Positions 35,506 through 46,001 of a stretch of DNA of 59,584 nucleotides are shown piece after piece. Made by a program: the position numbers and the translations under genes. Numbering within the stretch: position 1 is the stretch's first letter; each line of letters starts with the position of its first letter. The notes under the pieces are model-generated. The model did no database searches and was not told where the DNA came from. It saw only the letters and a list, made by a program, of their open reading frames with translations. The stretch lies in assembly GCA_964406895.1 (NCBI GenBank), contig CAYOTK010000007.1, positions 1-59,584 of the forward strand. Reading direction: 5' to 3'. The DNA is from an uncultured Candidatus Saccharibacteria bacterium (lineage in GTDB: Bacteria; Patescibacteriota; Minisyncoccia; Phycocordibacterales; PALSA-1337).

Positions 35506-37715
35506 TAGATTTGATTGTCACTTGGGCTTGGTGGAGGGTTTGTGCTGTTGGCGGTTGATGCGCCATATATTTCTCTTGGTTTTGTTCCGTGTTGAGGACC
35601 AACAATGCCTTTTTGTTCCAATTGATCAATGAGTTTTGCTGCTCGTGAATATCCTATGCCAAGCTTTCTTTGCAAGAATGAAGTCGAAGCCTTATTCATG
35701 GTCAGAACTATATTCTTGGCATCTTCTAGATATTCATCCTCATCTTCAATAGAATCTTCTTCCATCATTGTATTCATAGAATTGAATACGGCGTCGCTTG
35801 CAGGTTCGGCTTGGTTGGGTGTGAGATTGATCTGATCCATTATTTCGTCTCTGTATTCATCAGCTATGAACTTTACTACGCTTTTGACTTCTGATTCTGA
35901 TATGTAGGCAGACTGCAAACGTACAGGCTTTGACATGTCTCCGCCAAGATACAGCATATCTCCCGCACCAAGGAGTTTCTCAGCGCCTTGTTGATCAAGA
36001 ATAGTTCTAGAGTCTATTTGAGATGCAACTTGGAGGGCGATACGTGTTGGTATATTAGCTTTGATGAGGCCTGTAATGACATTTACGCTCGGTCTCTGAG
36101 TAGATATGATTAGATGTATACCAACGGCTCGACTCATCTGGGCGAGGCGAACGATCGCTGATTCTAATTCTCGAGGATATGTCTGCATGATATCTGCCAA
36201 TTCGTCTATGACAATGACTATATAAGGCATTGTTTCAGGAACTGGGGACGTCTTGTCTTTCTTTGCTTTTTCTGTTGCGGGTATCAATATGTTTTTGTGA
36301 TAGGAATCAATGTCGCGAGCAGCATTTTGTTCTAAGACATCATATCTTCTACTCATCTCTTGAGCTGCCCATTTGAGTGCTATTATCGCTTTCTTCGGTT
36401 CTGTTATAACAGGTGTGAATAGGTGAGGTATTTTGTTATATAAAGTAAGCTCGACTCTCTTCGGGTCTATCATTATGAATTTTAGATTTTCTGGAGAATT
36501 CCTATAGAGTAGGGAAGTTATGATTGCATGAATAGTTACAGATTTTCCTGATCCTGTTGCTCCTGCTATAAGAGCATGTGGTGCTTTCGCTAAGTTCGAG
36601 AAATGAGCTCTGCCTGTAATATCTTTACCTAAAGACATGAGTAATGGCTTGTCAGAATTTTGATAGTCTGTTGATGACAAAAGAGAAGCCAGTCCGACTG
36701 TGGTCTTTGCTGTATTAGGCACTTCGATTCCGACTAGCGATTTGCCAGGAATAGGTGCTTCGATTCTTATAGGATGAGCAGCCAAAGCAAGAGAAAGATC
36801 GCTGTTTAGTGCAACTATTCTTGATAGTTTGACTCCTTCTGCTGGTTTGAGAGCGTATCGAGTTACAGATGGACCTATTGATATTTCGTCCATTTCAACA
36901 GTAATGCCGAATGTTTGAAGAGTTCTTTTTATGATATTGGCGCTGGCCTTAATATCTCCGGTTTCTGGTTTGCCACGATCTTTTTCTAGCAATGAAAGAG
37001 GTGGTGGGTTGAAAGGCTTACTAAGCGGTATTGATGGGTTGAAACTAAAATCATAGTCTTCATCACTTATGGGGGCATTTTTCTTGTCCGCTTGTGGCTT
37101 CGCTTTGGCTTTTACAGAATCTATTCCTGCGCTCTCGGCAAGTTTTTCTATTTTGTTATCTGCGGTTTTTTGAGTATCAATTGCGGGCACATCTGTCTCA
37201 TCCTTTTTTTCTTTACGCCAAAGTCTCCAGAATAGAAGATGTTCAAGAGTGAAATAAATATTGAACATCATCATTATAGAAATAATAAATATTGCAGAAA
37301 GCAATATGGCCGTTGCAAGTACGTCAATCAGACTAATGAAAGGATAGGTGATCCATTTACCAATAATACCTCCTGCGTGTTGGGGTAATAGATATATAAT
37401 ACCCAGGCCGGAAATAAAAAAGAGAATAGCCCCTATTGCTTTTGATAGTTGGAATTTTTTCTTCAGACCTTGCAAGAATGAAATGCTAAGGAGAGCAAAT
37501 ACTATAGGAATCAAGAAGTATCCAACGCCAAATAATTTCGTGAAGATCTTAAAGCCGAATTCTCCTACCACGCCCGCTTTACCAAAAGACGCTAGTAGTG
37601 AAATAACAGTAATAAGTATTGAAAATATTGCTAATATAGCTTGGACAGTTTCGTCTCGCATTTCGTCCCAGAATCTAATTTTTTCTTTTATGTCGTTTTC
37701 TTTTTTCTTGGCCAT
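35505..37715 (-). CDS. ftsK: DNA translocase FtsK/SpoIIIE
   Basis: N-terminal TM helices, AGATGSGKSV Walker A, VIVIDELADIM Walker B, and a C-terminal gamma-like wHTH (SFLQRKLGIGYSRAAKLIDQLE). ATG 37715 (MAKKKEND) is preferred; the ORF track GTG is at 37748. Confidence 0.92.
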   Translation of the reverse strand: MAKKKENDIKEKIRFWDEMRDETVQAILAIFSILITVISLLASFGKAGVVGEFGFKIFTKLFGVGYFLIPIVFALLSISFLQGLKKKFQLSKAIGAILFFISGLGIIYLLPQHAGGIIGKWITYPFISLIDVLATAILLSAIFIISIMMMFNIYFTLEHLLFWRLWRKEKKDETDVPAIDTQKTADNKIEKLAESAGIDSVKAKAKPQADKKNAPISDEDYDFSFNPSIPLSKPFNPPPLSLLEKDRGKPETGDIKASANIIKRTLQTFGITVEMDEISIGPSVTRYALKPAEGVKLSRIVALNSDLSLALAAHPIRIEAPIPGKSLVGIEVPNTAKTTVGLASLLSSTDYQNSDKPLLMSLGKDITGRAHFSNLAKAPHALIAGATGSGKSVTIHAIITSLLYRNSPENLKFIMIDPKRVELTLYNKIPHLFTPVITEPKKAIIALKWAAQEMSRRYDVLEQNAARDIDSYHKNILIPATEKAKKDKTSPVPETMPYIVIVIDELADIMQTYPRELESAIVRLAQMSRAVGIHLIISTQRPSVNVITGLIKANIPTRIALQVASQIDSRTILDQQGAEKLLGAGDMLYLGGDMSKPVRLQSAYISESEVKSVVKFIADEYRDEIMDQINLTPNQAEPASDAVFNSMNTMMEEDSIEDEDEYLEDAKNIVLTMNKASTSFLQRKLGIGYSRAAKLIDQLEQKGIVGPQHGTKPREIYGASTANSTNPPPSPSDNQI

Positions 37716-37804
37716 TTTTTTGAATTGATTATTCAATAATAATACCACATTTATAATTTATTAATGTATTGATTAATAAAAAGTGATTAATTTCACAAAT
37801 AAAC

Positions 37805-37832
37805 TTGCTTGTTTTATTTTTTGGACTATAAT
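37805..37832 (+). promoter_or_regulatory. Sigma-70-like promoter upstream of the wHTH gene
   Basis: TTGCTT (37805-37810), 16-nt spacer, TATAAT (37827-37832). It is followed immediately by the GGACACAT(C)AAAGACA repeats. Confidence 0.35.
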
Positions 37833-37892
37833 GGACACATCAAAGACATAGTAAAAATCTAGAAATAAAGGACACATAAAGACAAAAAAGAC

Positions 37893-38672
37893 ATGGACAA
37901 AAAAGACAACATAAAAGACGAATCATTCAATGACCCTTTGAACTGGAAGTCTCTAGGTTTCTTTTCTGCTGAAGATTATTTGCTATATATATTCAAAAAG
38001 ACAGAGAAGATCACTTCTGCTGTCTATTTGGTTTCAGGTCTTCTAAAGGACGATGAGCCATTGAAGTGGGAGCTAAGAGACAAAGGTATGGATCTTATAT
38101 CATCTTCATTTGGTGCGGCTAGTTCTGTTCCTGGTGACAAGAATGCAGTTATCCAGTCTTTATTCACAGCTGCACTCGAAACACTTTCTCTCCTCAACGT
38201 TGCCAAGATTTCCAATCTTATTTCTGATATGAATCATAAACTTCTTGTTAAAGAGATTGATCAGATTGTTGGTATGTTGCGAGACAAATTGGCTGAGAAT
38301 GCAGAAAGCGCTGGATACATACTTTCGGAGTCGTTCTTTAAGACACCAGATCTATATAGTTCTGGTTTCCGAGAACAGGGTATTAGAACTGGTCATGCAG
38401 GCTTGCGTTCAGGTCTGTCCAATACCCAAAAAAGCTATATGAATAAAGACGCTTCTCTCGGACATAGGATTGATAGTGAGAAGAAAAATCACAGACAAGA
38501 AATGATCATAAATCTCATGAAAGGACAAGCCAGCGTATCGATAAAAGACCTCTCCAAGAATATCAATGACTGTAGTGAGAAAACCATACAAAGAGAGCTC
38601 ATAGATATGCTCAAAAAGGGTGTCATAAAGAAGGAGGGAGATAGGCGTTGGAGTAGGTATTCTTTATCTTGA
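37893..38672 (+). CDS. Hypothetical protein with C-terminal DeoR-like winged-HTH
   Basis: The C-terminus SIKDLSKNINDCSEKTIQRELIDMLKKGVIKKEGDRRWSRYSL fits a wHTH DNA-binding domain. Confidence 0.65.
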   Translation: MDKKDNIKDESFNDPLNWKSLGFFSAEDYLLYIFKKTEKITSAVYLVSGLLKDDEPLKWELRDKGMDLISSSFGAASSVPGDKNAVIQSLFTAALETLSLLNVAKISNLISDMNHKLLVKEIDQIVGMLRDKLAENAESAGYILSESFFKTPDLYSSGFREQGIRTGHAGLRSGLSNTQKSYMNKDASLGHRIDSEKKNHRQEMIINLMKGQASVSIKDLSKNINDCSEKTIQRELIDMLKKGVIKKEGDRRWSRYSLS

Positions 38673-38989
38673 CTTTTGGTCATAAATAGAATAATATCTA
38701 CTTATCCACATTGATTTTTGCCCCGCATATAATATATGCGTTATAATGCTTTGTACCGAGTGTGTAATCCGTTAATTTCGTATTACATACCCGTCCCAGA
38801 GCGTAAAGCAAAGGGAAGTGGACTTTGACAAACTAATAAGGTCACAAGTTCAATGACGTGCTGTCGATCCTTTCGTTTTCTATAAAAACAAAAGGAAGGC
38901 ACGTGTAATTATTAATAGTTTACTAAAAGCAAAATTTCTCCACGAGATTAAAAATAAAAAGGAGGGATTTTGTAAAATTATAAATCGAT

Positions 38990-40837
38990 ATGAAAAAAGT
39001 TCTCATTGTTACAGGCGTTGCCCTTATGGCTTTCGCCGCTGTCGCAGCAGCACAAGGAGCACAGTTCAACACCAACTTGACAGTTGGTTCAACTGGCGCA
39101 GATGTAGTTGCTCTTCAGACATGGTTAATGGCTAATGGTTATTCAATCCCAGCTTTGTCAGCTGGTACAGCTAAGGGTTACTTCGGTACACAGACAAAAG
39201 CAGCAGTTATGGCATACCAAGCAAAAGTTGGTGTTCCTAACACAGGCTTCGTAGGTCCTATGACACGTGCAAAGTTGAACGGAGGCGTTTCAGCCCCTGT
39301 TGCAGCTGGTTTCACATGTCCAGCAGGATATAAATGTACAGCCAACTCAGGCACAACTCCAGTTGTTTCTGGTGTAGCAACCGAAGGTTTGTTTACAGTT
39401 AAGCAAGCCGCACAACCAGCCAATAACACAAACGTTACATCAAATAGTAATGTTCCAGTTTATGGAGTTGATGTTAAAGCACAGAACTCAGATATGGTTA
39501 TAGATCGTGCAGATTTGGAATTTGCAGTTACTGTTAACAGTAATACTGTAAACCCATCTGGATTTGTAAACAGTATCAGTGCTTGGGATGGTAGTACTCT
39601 CCTTAAGACTATGCCATTGTCTTCAGCAGACTTTACAAAAGATACAAATGGTTTGTTCTATGTTCGTGTAGTCGGCATTAACTTCCGTGTTCCAGTAGGT
39701 CAGACAAAGACTTTGACTTTCACTGTTAACACGAGTTCAGTTAGCTCAGCTGATTACACAAGAACTCTTACTGTTAAGGGCTACTCAGGTAGTACACAAA
39801 ACATAAGAGGAGTTGATGGTCTTGGTTTGAGTACATATGCAAACAATAACTGGACAAGCACATTTACTTTCCAAGCAAGTAATAACTCAACATTGACAGC
39901 TACTGCAAACACAGCTACTCCTGGTGCACAAACAATTGCAGTTAATACGACAGACGGTGTTAGAGGTGTTACTATGGAGACTTTCGATCTCAAATCAACA
40001 ACAGGTGATTCTCAACTCGATAGTTTGAGAGTCTATGTAAAGACAGATAGTGGAACATATTCTGCTCCTACAGCACTCTATCTTTATGATGGCTCAACAA
40101 TATTGGGTTCAGGATCGGTCACTGTTACAAATGGTTCAGGATATGTTGATTTCACAAGTTTGACTGTCAAGATCCTCAAAGATCAGATAAAGACTTTGAC
40201 AATCAAGGCTGACTTCCCATCAACAGCAGTTGGTGTAGCAAGTACAACGATCAGAACTTCTGCAGCTGAGACAAACACAACAATGTATGAAACAGCTGAT
40301 GCTACAACAAAAGAAGTTACAATTGCTTCAGAAATTGTTGGAAATGATGTACACCTTTACGCCACAGCTGCTCCTGCATGGACTCTCGTAAGTTCATCAA
40401 TAGTTTCTTCAGCTGGTGTTGTTGATGTTGCTTCATCTTCAATCACAGGAACAATAGTTTTGAGTGTTAAGGCAAACGGCGGTTCAATGACAAAGCCAGT
40501 TGCCGGAGACTTCAGTGTTGTATTTGCATCTTCAACAAGTGCAACTTCAAACACAACAAGTTATACTTCAGCCAATTCTATCAGTGTTACTCCAAGTGTC
40601 ACAGTATCACCTTCAACAGCTACAGTTGGCGACGGTAGTACTTACACTGTAACAATTACTGGTACATTGTACTCAAGTAATTCAAACTTTGGTGCCACAG
40701 TTGGTAATGGATATGCAGAATTTATGGCTGTCAAGGACATCGATTCTGTAACTGGTACAAACACCATCACAAACCAGGCATGGGGTCTTGATACCTTCTA
40801 CACTCCAACAGCTACTCTCACAAAGGGAACAAAATAA
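38990..40837 (+). CDS. Secreted cell-surface protein with an N-terminal peptidoglycan-binding domain and a long T/S/V-rich beta region
   Basis: Signal peptide MKKVLIVTGVALMAFAAVAAAQG. PG_binding_1-like GSTGADVVALQTWLMANGY...GYFGTQTKAAVMAYQAKVGVPNTGFVG. About 500 aa of T/S/V/N-rich sequence follows. Confidence 0.8.
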   Translation: MKKVLIVTGVALMAFAAVAAAQGAQFNTNLTVGSTGADVVALQTWLMANGYSIPALSAGTAKGYFGTQTKAAVMAYQAKVGVPNTGFVGPMTRAKLNGGVSAPVAAGFTCPAGYKCTANSGTTPVVSGVATEGLFTVKQAAQPANNTNVTSNSNVPVYGVDVKAQNSDMVIDRADLEFAVTVNSNTVNPSGFVNSISAWDGSTLLKTMPLSSADFTKDTNGLFYVRVVGINFRVPVGQTKTLTFTVNTSSVSSADYTRTLTVKGYSGSTQNIRGVDGLGLSTYANNNWTSTFTFQASNNSTLTATANTATPGAQTIAVNTTDGVRGVTMETFDLKSTTGDSQLDSLRVYVKTDSGTYSAPTALYLYDGSTILGSGSVTVTNGSGYVDFTSLTVKILKDQIKTLTIKADFPSTAVGVASTTIRTSAAETNTTMYETADATTKEVTIASEIVGNDVHLYATAAPAWTLVSSSIVSSAGVVDVASSSITGTIVLSVKANGGSMTKPVAGDFSVVFASSTSATSNTTSYTSANSISVTPSVTVSPSTATVGDGSTYTVTITGTLYSSNSNFGATVGNGYAEFMAVKDIDSVTGTNTITNQAWGLDTFYTPTATLTKGTK

Positions 40838-40896
40838 TTTGTTACTCTTAGTGTGATTGGAACTATCTCCTCCCAACGGGTTACAAAGTTGGAAAC

Positions 40897-40925
40897 AAAA
40901 ACCGCCTTCGGGCGGTTTTTGTTTT
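40897..40925 (+). terminator. Rho-independent terminator
   Basis: AAAAACCGCC-TTCG-GGCGGTTTTTGTTTT. Confidence 0.85.
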
Positions 40926-40932
40926 GGCATAT

Positions 40933-40965
40933 TCGAGGTCGGACCTCCAAGAGGTCCGACCTCGA
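40933..40965. repeat. 14-bp G+C-rich perfect hairpin sharing the TTCGAGGTCGGACC motif with 51868-51881
   Basis: TCGAGGTCGGACCT-CCAAG-AGGTCCGACCTCGA. Confidence 0.6.
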
Positions 40966-41081
40966 TAATTATCCACCGCACAGTATGTCTAACACGTCTT
41001 GCTCATATAAATATTAATTGTTACACTAACGACAAGTAGAATAGTGAAACTGTTTTACTATTATTAGTTAGCAATACAAAT

Positions 41082-41417
41082 ATGCAGAACGCAGATCAAC
41101 AGTTCCTCGAGTACGTTGTTAAGGCATTAGTAGATGCACCTGATCAGGTCAAAGTAGTTCGCACTGTCGATGAGATGGGAGTGCTACTTACTCTAGAAGT
41201 CGGTGCAGCAGATATGGGTAAGATCATTGGCCGACAGGGAAATACAGCAAAGGCCATAAGAACTTTGCTCCGTGTCGTTGGAATGAAGAATAACTCAAGA
41301 GTAAATCTCAAAATCAATGAACCAATAGGTGGTTTGAAATCACAAGAAAGAGCAAGTCAAACTGGATCGGCTTCAAAAACAGTTGATGAGGCCATGGCAG
41401 ATCTCAAGTTAGAATAA
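41082..41417 (+). CDS. KH-domain RNA-binding protein (YlqC/UPF0109 family) with C-terminal extension
   Basis: LVDAPDQVKV......LLTLEV...DMGKIIGRQGNTAKAIRTLL. It sits upstream of trmD as in the rpsP-KH-rimM-trmD operon. Confidence 0.85.
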   Translation: MQNADQQFLEYVVKALVDAPDQVKVVRTVDEMGVLLTLEVGAADMGKIIGRQGNTAKAIRTLLRVVGMKNNSRVNLKINEPIGGLKSQERASQTGSASKTVDEAMADLKLE

Positions 41418-41435
41418 ATCAATACAAATTGAAAC

Positions 41436-41462
41436 AAAAAAAGGCAGAGATGCCTTTTTTTG
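41436..41462 (+). terminator. Rho-independent terminator
   Basis: AAAAAAAGGCA-GAGA-TGCCTTTTTTT. Confidence 0.8.
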
Positions 41463-41484
41463 TTTATATGCTATATTATGGTCC

Positions 41485-42174
41485 ATGATTACATTTCATG
41501 TCATATCAATATTCCCAGAAAGTCTCGAGTCCTATCTCGGGTCGTCCATCATGAATCGCGCCCAGAAAGAAGGTTATATTTCGATCAAATATTACAACCC
41601 GAGAGATTTTGTGAAGGGTTCAAAACCAAACAGAACTTTAACCTACGCAGAAAGGAGGGTGGATGATAGGCCATATGGAGGAGGTCCAGGAATGGTTATG
41701 GAAGCCCTGCCCATAATAAGAGCAATCGAGGAGGCAATTGGTAATAAGATCAAAAAAACAAATAAGAAATCAAAGGTAAAAATTGTTTTTTTCAATCCTA
41801 GTGGCAAGCAATTTTCCAGTGAAGTAGCAGACGAATATAAGAAATATACAGATATTGTATTTGTTTGCGGAAGATATGAGGGGGTCGATGCTAGAATAAA
41901 AAAGGTTTTCCCTATGGTGGATATTTCGGTTGGACCATATGTACTTACGGGCGGGGAATTGCCAGCACTAATAATGATAGACAGTATAACTAGGCGTATA
42001 AAAGGTGTACTTGGACACGAGCTTTCTATAGAAGAATCAAGAATAAGTAGTCCGGACGTATATACAAGACCAGAGACTTTCGAATATAAGGGCAAGAAAT
42101 ACAAAGTACCCAAGATATTATTGTCTGGACATCATGAGAAAATCGACAGTTGGAAAATCAAAAGGAAGTCGTAG
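41485..42174 (+). CDS. trmD: tRNA (guanine37-N1)-methyltransferase
   Basis: ISIFPE, VDDRPYGGGPGMVM, CGRYEGVDAR and YVLTGGELPA. Confidence 0.93.
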   Translation: MITFHVISIFPESLESYLGSSIMNRAQKEGYISIKYYNPRDFVKGSKPNRTLTYAERRVDDRPYGGGPGMVMEALPIIRAIEEAIGNKIKKTNKKSKVKIVFFNPSGKQFSSEVADEYKKYTDIVFVCGRYEGVDARIKKVFPMVDISVGPYVLTGGELPALIMIDSITRRIKGVLGHELSIEESRISSPDVYTRPETFEYKGKKYKVPKILLSGHHEKIDSWKIKRKS

Positions 42175-42308
42175 TTTTTTATCTTATTCACTAAGACACA
42201 ATTTTTGTTCTTTGTGAGCTTGTGGACATTTATTTCTAGATGATAAAATTGTTGCAGCACTCTTATTGCAGTCTAAGATGTGTATATTATAAAAATAATA
42301 AACACAAC

Positions 42309-42614
42309 ATGATTAGAACAAAATTACATTCAGTTAATAATAATTTCGCAACAATAGAAGATTTGAGGGTTTTGGAGAATAAATTTGATGAAAAGCTAAG
42401 AAGCTATGTTACGAACAATAAATTCATTCTTTTTAAAGAGGAAATGATTGAACAATTCAATCGTGTATCAAAAATGACTCTGGAATTGATGAAAGATGAT
42501 ATAAGTATGTCTATGGAATATATAAATGCGAAACTGAAAACTTTAGATGGCAAAGTAGATAGAAGTGACTTTGAAAACAGAGTTGGAAGGCTTGAAAGAA
42601 TTATCCACACTTGA
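42309..42614 (+). CDS. Hypothetical coiled-coil protein
   Basis: 101 aa from ATG 42309 (MIRTKLH...), with a heptad-like charged and hydrophobic pattern. No motif recognised. Confidence 0.5.
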   Translation: MIRTKLHSVNNNFATIEDLRVLENKFDEKLRSYVTNNKFILFKEEMIEQFNRVSKMTLELMKDDISMSMEYINAKLKTLDGKVDRSDFENRVGRLERIIHT

Positions 42615-42783
42615 CAAATATCCTATATCTGCTAGGCTTCGAACAACTTCGCAGATTGTGTTCTGCCCTAGCGGAGGATTATAAACTAGATAGTCCTACC
42701 ACTTGTATATACAATAATACCTTAGTTTTTATAAGTCTCAGTTTTTTGAGGTTCTTTTGCGTTTAATAATTTTTTATAAAAAT

Positions 42784-45700
42784 ATGACTACCCAAAACGT
42801 CAGACCGAAGAAGCACTTCAGTAGATACCAAGTTCCGCTCGCCGATATGCCACATATGGTGGAATCACAAGTCAAGTCATTCAATTGGCTTATAGAAGAG
42901 GGAATATCCAACCTCTTGAAAGAATTTTCTCCAATAAAAGATTATGCGGAGAAAAAGTTCGAATTGTCTTTCGGAGACATAGAATTTTTGAAACCAAAAT
43001 ACGATGAGCATTATGCCAAGACAAATAAGCTAAATTATGAGGGACAGATCAAGGTCAATGTAACTCTCAAGAATAAAACTTTGAACGTGGTCAAGGAACA
43101 AGAAATGTTCTTGGCTGATTTTCCTTTTATGACTGATCATGGAACTTTCATCATAAACGGTGTTGAAAGAGTTATCGTTGCTCAGCTTGCTCGCTCATTC
43201 GGTATATTTTTCACCTCTACAGATACGAAGGGCAAGAGTTATTTCGGGGCAAAGATCATTCCTGCAAGAGGTGTTTGGATGGAAATTGAGACTGATACAG
43301 ACGGCACAATATACTGCCGTATTGATAGAAAGAGGAAATTCCCAGTTACATCATTACTTCGCATTTTGGGTGCGGATACAAATGAGAAAATACTGGATTT
43401 GTTCAAAGGTAATCCTGATACCAAGAAAGTCATAGAACTTACTTTGGCTAAGGATCATGCCAAGACAGTTGATGAGGCTTACATCGAGATTCATAAGAGA
43501 CTCCGCGATGGTGATCTTGCCACAGCAGACAATGCCCGCTCTTTCATTCAGGCAATGTTGAAGTCTGATAGATATGATATTTCTCGAGTAGGTAGATTCC
43601 GTTTCAACAAGCGTTTCTCCAAGCCTATGGACGAGAAATCTCTAGAGACAAAAATTTTGACTCTTGATGATGTTGCAACAACGATCAGTCACATCGTTAC
43701 ATTGTCTATAACTCCTGATATGCAGGCAGATGATATTGATCATTTGGGTTCAAGACGTGTACGTTATGTTGGTGAGCTCCTAGAATCACGTATTAGACTC
43801 GGTTTGACTCAGATGAAGAGAAATATTCAAGACAAAATGTCTACCGTAGAACCAGATGTTACATTACCTGTCTCATTCATATATCCACGTCCTCTTCAGG
43901 CGAGAATAAAAGAATTCTTCACTACGAACCAATTGTCACAATTCATGAACCAAGAAAATGTCTTGGCTGAAATAGAAAACCTAAGACTTTTGACTGCGCT
44001 CGGTCCCGGTGGTTTGTCTAGGGATCGTGCTGGATTCGAGGTTCGTGACGTCCATCCTTCTCACTACGGAAGACTTTGTCCAATACACACTCCTGAAGGT
44101 CCAAACATTGGTCTAGTATTGCGTCTTACAACGTATGCAAGAATCAATGAGTTTGGAATGATCGAAACTCCATATGCCAAAGTTAAGAATGGTGTAGTCT
44201 CTAAGGAAATTGTTTATTTGAATGCTCTTGAAGAAGAGAATTTCCGTATTGCACATGCCGCTACACCTTATGACAAAGAGGGTCATATTACAGTCAACGA
44301 TGTAGAAGTACGTATCAATGGAAAGCCAGCAATTTGCTCCAAGAAAGAAGTTGATTATATTGATGTTGCTACAAATCAAGCATTTTCTATTGCAACATCA
44401 CTAATCCCATTCTTGAATCATGACGATGCTAACAGAGCGCTCATGGGATCGAACATGCAGAGACAGGCTACGCCTTGTCTAATACCAGAGGCCCCTCTAG
44501 TTGCAACTGGTGTTGAGAAGAAAGCTGTATTGGATAGTGGAAGACTAATACTTGCCCCAGAAGATGGCGAGATTACTTTTGTCGATGCCAAGAAAATAGT
44601 TCTTGAATCAAAGAAAGGTAAGAAATATGAATATAATCTTGTATTGTTTTCGAGAACAAACGGTTTCACTTCTTTCCATCAGAGACCTATCATTTCTTTG
44701 GGAGACAAAGTCAAGAAGGGAGACATATTGGCCGATACGTCAACATCAGACAATGGAGAAATTGCACTAGGTCATAATGCTCTCGTAGCATTCCTTTCCT
44801 GGAATGGTTCTAACTATGAGGATGCTATTATTCTTTCTCAGAGAGTTGTTAAGAATAGTAAATGGAGTTCTGTGCACATAGAAGAATTCGTGGTCAATGT
44901 ACGCGAAACAAAGCTTGGTCCAGAAGTTACGACCTGCGATATTCCTAACGTTGCAGAAGCTAAACTCAAGAATCTAACAGAAGAAGGTATTATACGCATT
45001 GGCGCAGAAGTTCGTCCTGGAGATATTCTTGTTGGAAAAATTAGTCCAAAAGGTGAGACACAATTGACTCCTGAAGAGAGATTGCTCCGCTCTATTTTCG
45101 GAGAAAAAGCCAGAGATGTTAAGGATACATCAAAGAGAATGGAAAACGGCAAGAGAGGTCGTGTCATCTCTGTCAAAGTATTCTCACGAGAAAGAGGCGA
45201 CAAACTAGAATCAGGTATCATAAAGAAAATTTATATAGAAGTTGCACAAGTTAGAAATATTTCTGTTGGAGACAAAATGGCAGGAAGACACGGTAACAAG
45301 GGTGTTATTTCTAGAATTCTTCCTGAAGAAGATATGCCATACATGGATGATGGAACACCTGTCGATGTTATATTGACTCCTCTTGGCGTGCCTTCACGTA
45401 TGAACCTAGGTCAGATCATGGAATTGCATTTGGGACTTGCGGCACATACTTTGAATTATCAAGCTATTGTTCCTCCTTTCACAGGTGCAACAGATGAAGA
45501 GATCAAAGCCGAATTGGTCAAGGCCGGAATGAATCCAAACGGAAAGATGAAATTGAGAGACGGAAGAACAGGTGAACATTTCGATCAGCCAGTTGCGGTT
45601 GGTTATATGTATATCATGAAGCTTCACCACATGGTGGAAGACAAGATACACATGCGCTCAGTCGGTCCTTATTCTCTTATTACTCAGCAACCTCTCGGTG

Positions 45701-45966
45701 GTAAAGCTCAAGGTGGAGGTCAGAGATTCGGAGAAATGGAGGTGTGGGCACTTCTCGGTCATGGCGCAGCTCATACACTTAGAGAAATATTAACAGTTAA
45801 GTCTGACGATATAGTCGGTCGATCACAGACTTTCGATGCTATTGTCAAAGGAGAGAGAATACGACAGCCAAACCTCCCAGCTTCGTTCAATGTTTTGTTG
45901 AAAACATTACGTGGATTGGCATTGAATATAGAACTTATCAAAAAACCTTCTGTTATTGAAGAATAA
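42784..45966 (+). CDS. rpoB: DNA-directed RNA polymerase subunit beta
   Basis: FMDQNN-like FMNQENVL, GPGGLSRDRAGFEVRDVH.SHYGR.CP and GRHGNKGVIS. ATG 42784 is preferred over the TTG at 42757. Confidence 0.97.
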   Translation: MTTQNVRPKKHFSRYQVPLADMPHMVESQVKSFNWLIEEGISNLLKEFSPIKDYAEKKFELSFGDIEFLKPKYDEHYAKTNKLNYEGQIKVNVTLKNKTLNVVKEQEMFLADFPFMTDHGTFIINGVERVIVAQLARSFGIFFTSTDTKGKSYFGAKIIPARGVWMEIETDTDGTIYCRIDRKRKFPVTSLLRILGADTNEKILDLFKGNPDTKKVIELTLAKDHAKTVDEAYIEIHKRLRDGDLATADNARSFIQAMLKSDRYDISRVGRFRFNKRFSKPMDEKSLETKILTLDDVATTISHIVTLSITPDMQADDIDHLGSRRVRYVGELLESRIRLGLTQMKRNIQDKMSTVEPDVTLPVSFIYPRPLQARIKEFFTTNQLSQFMNQENVLAEIENLRLLTALGPGGLSRDRAGFEVRDVHPSHYGRLCPIHTPEGPNIGLVLRLTTYARINEFGMIETPYAKVKNGVVSKEIVYLNALEEENFRIAHAATPYDKEGHITVNDVEVRINGKPAICSKKEVDYIDVATNQAFSIATSLIPFLNHDDANRALMGSNMQRQATPCLIPEAPLVATGVEKKAVLDSGRLILAPEDGEITFVDAKKIVLESKKGKKYEYNLVLFSRTNGFTSFHQRPIISLGDKVKKGDILADTSTSDNGEIALGHNALVAFLSWNGSNYEDAIILSQRVVKNSKWSSVHIEEFVVNVRETKLGPEVTTCDIPNVAEAKLKNLTEEGIIRIGAEVRPGDILVGKISPKGETQLTPEERLLRSIFGEKARDVKDTSKRMENGKRGRVISVKVFSRERGDKLESGIIKKIYIEVAQVRNISVGDKMAGRHGNKGVISRILPEEDMPYMDDGTPVDVILTPLGVPSRMNLGQIMELHLGLAAHTLNYQAIVPPFTGATDEEIKAELVKAGMNPNGKMKLRDGRTGEHFDQPVAVGYMYIMKLHHMVEDKIHMRSVGPYSLITQQPLGGKAQGGGQRFGEMEVWALLGHGAAHTLREILTVKSDDIVGRSQTFDAIVKGERIRQPNLPASFNVLLKTLRGLALNIELIKKPSVIEE

Positions 45967-46001
45967 TATATTCAATATAGTTTTAATTTAAATCAACTAC
46001 T

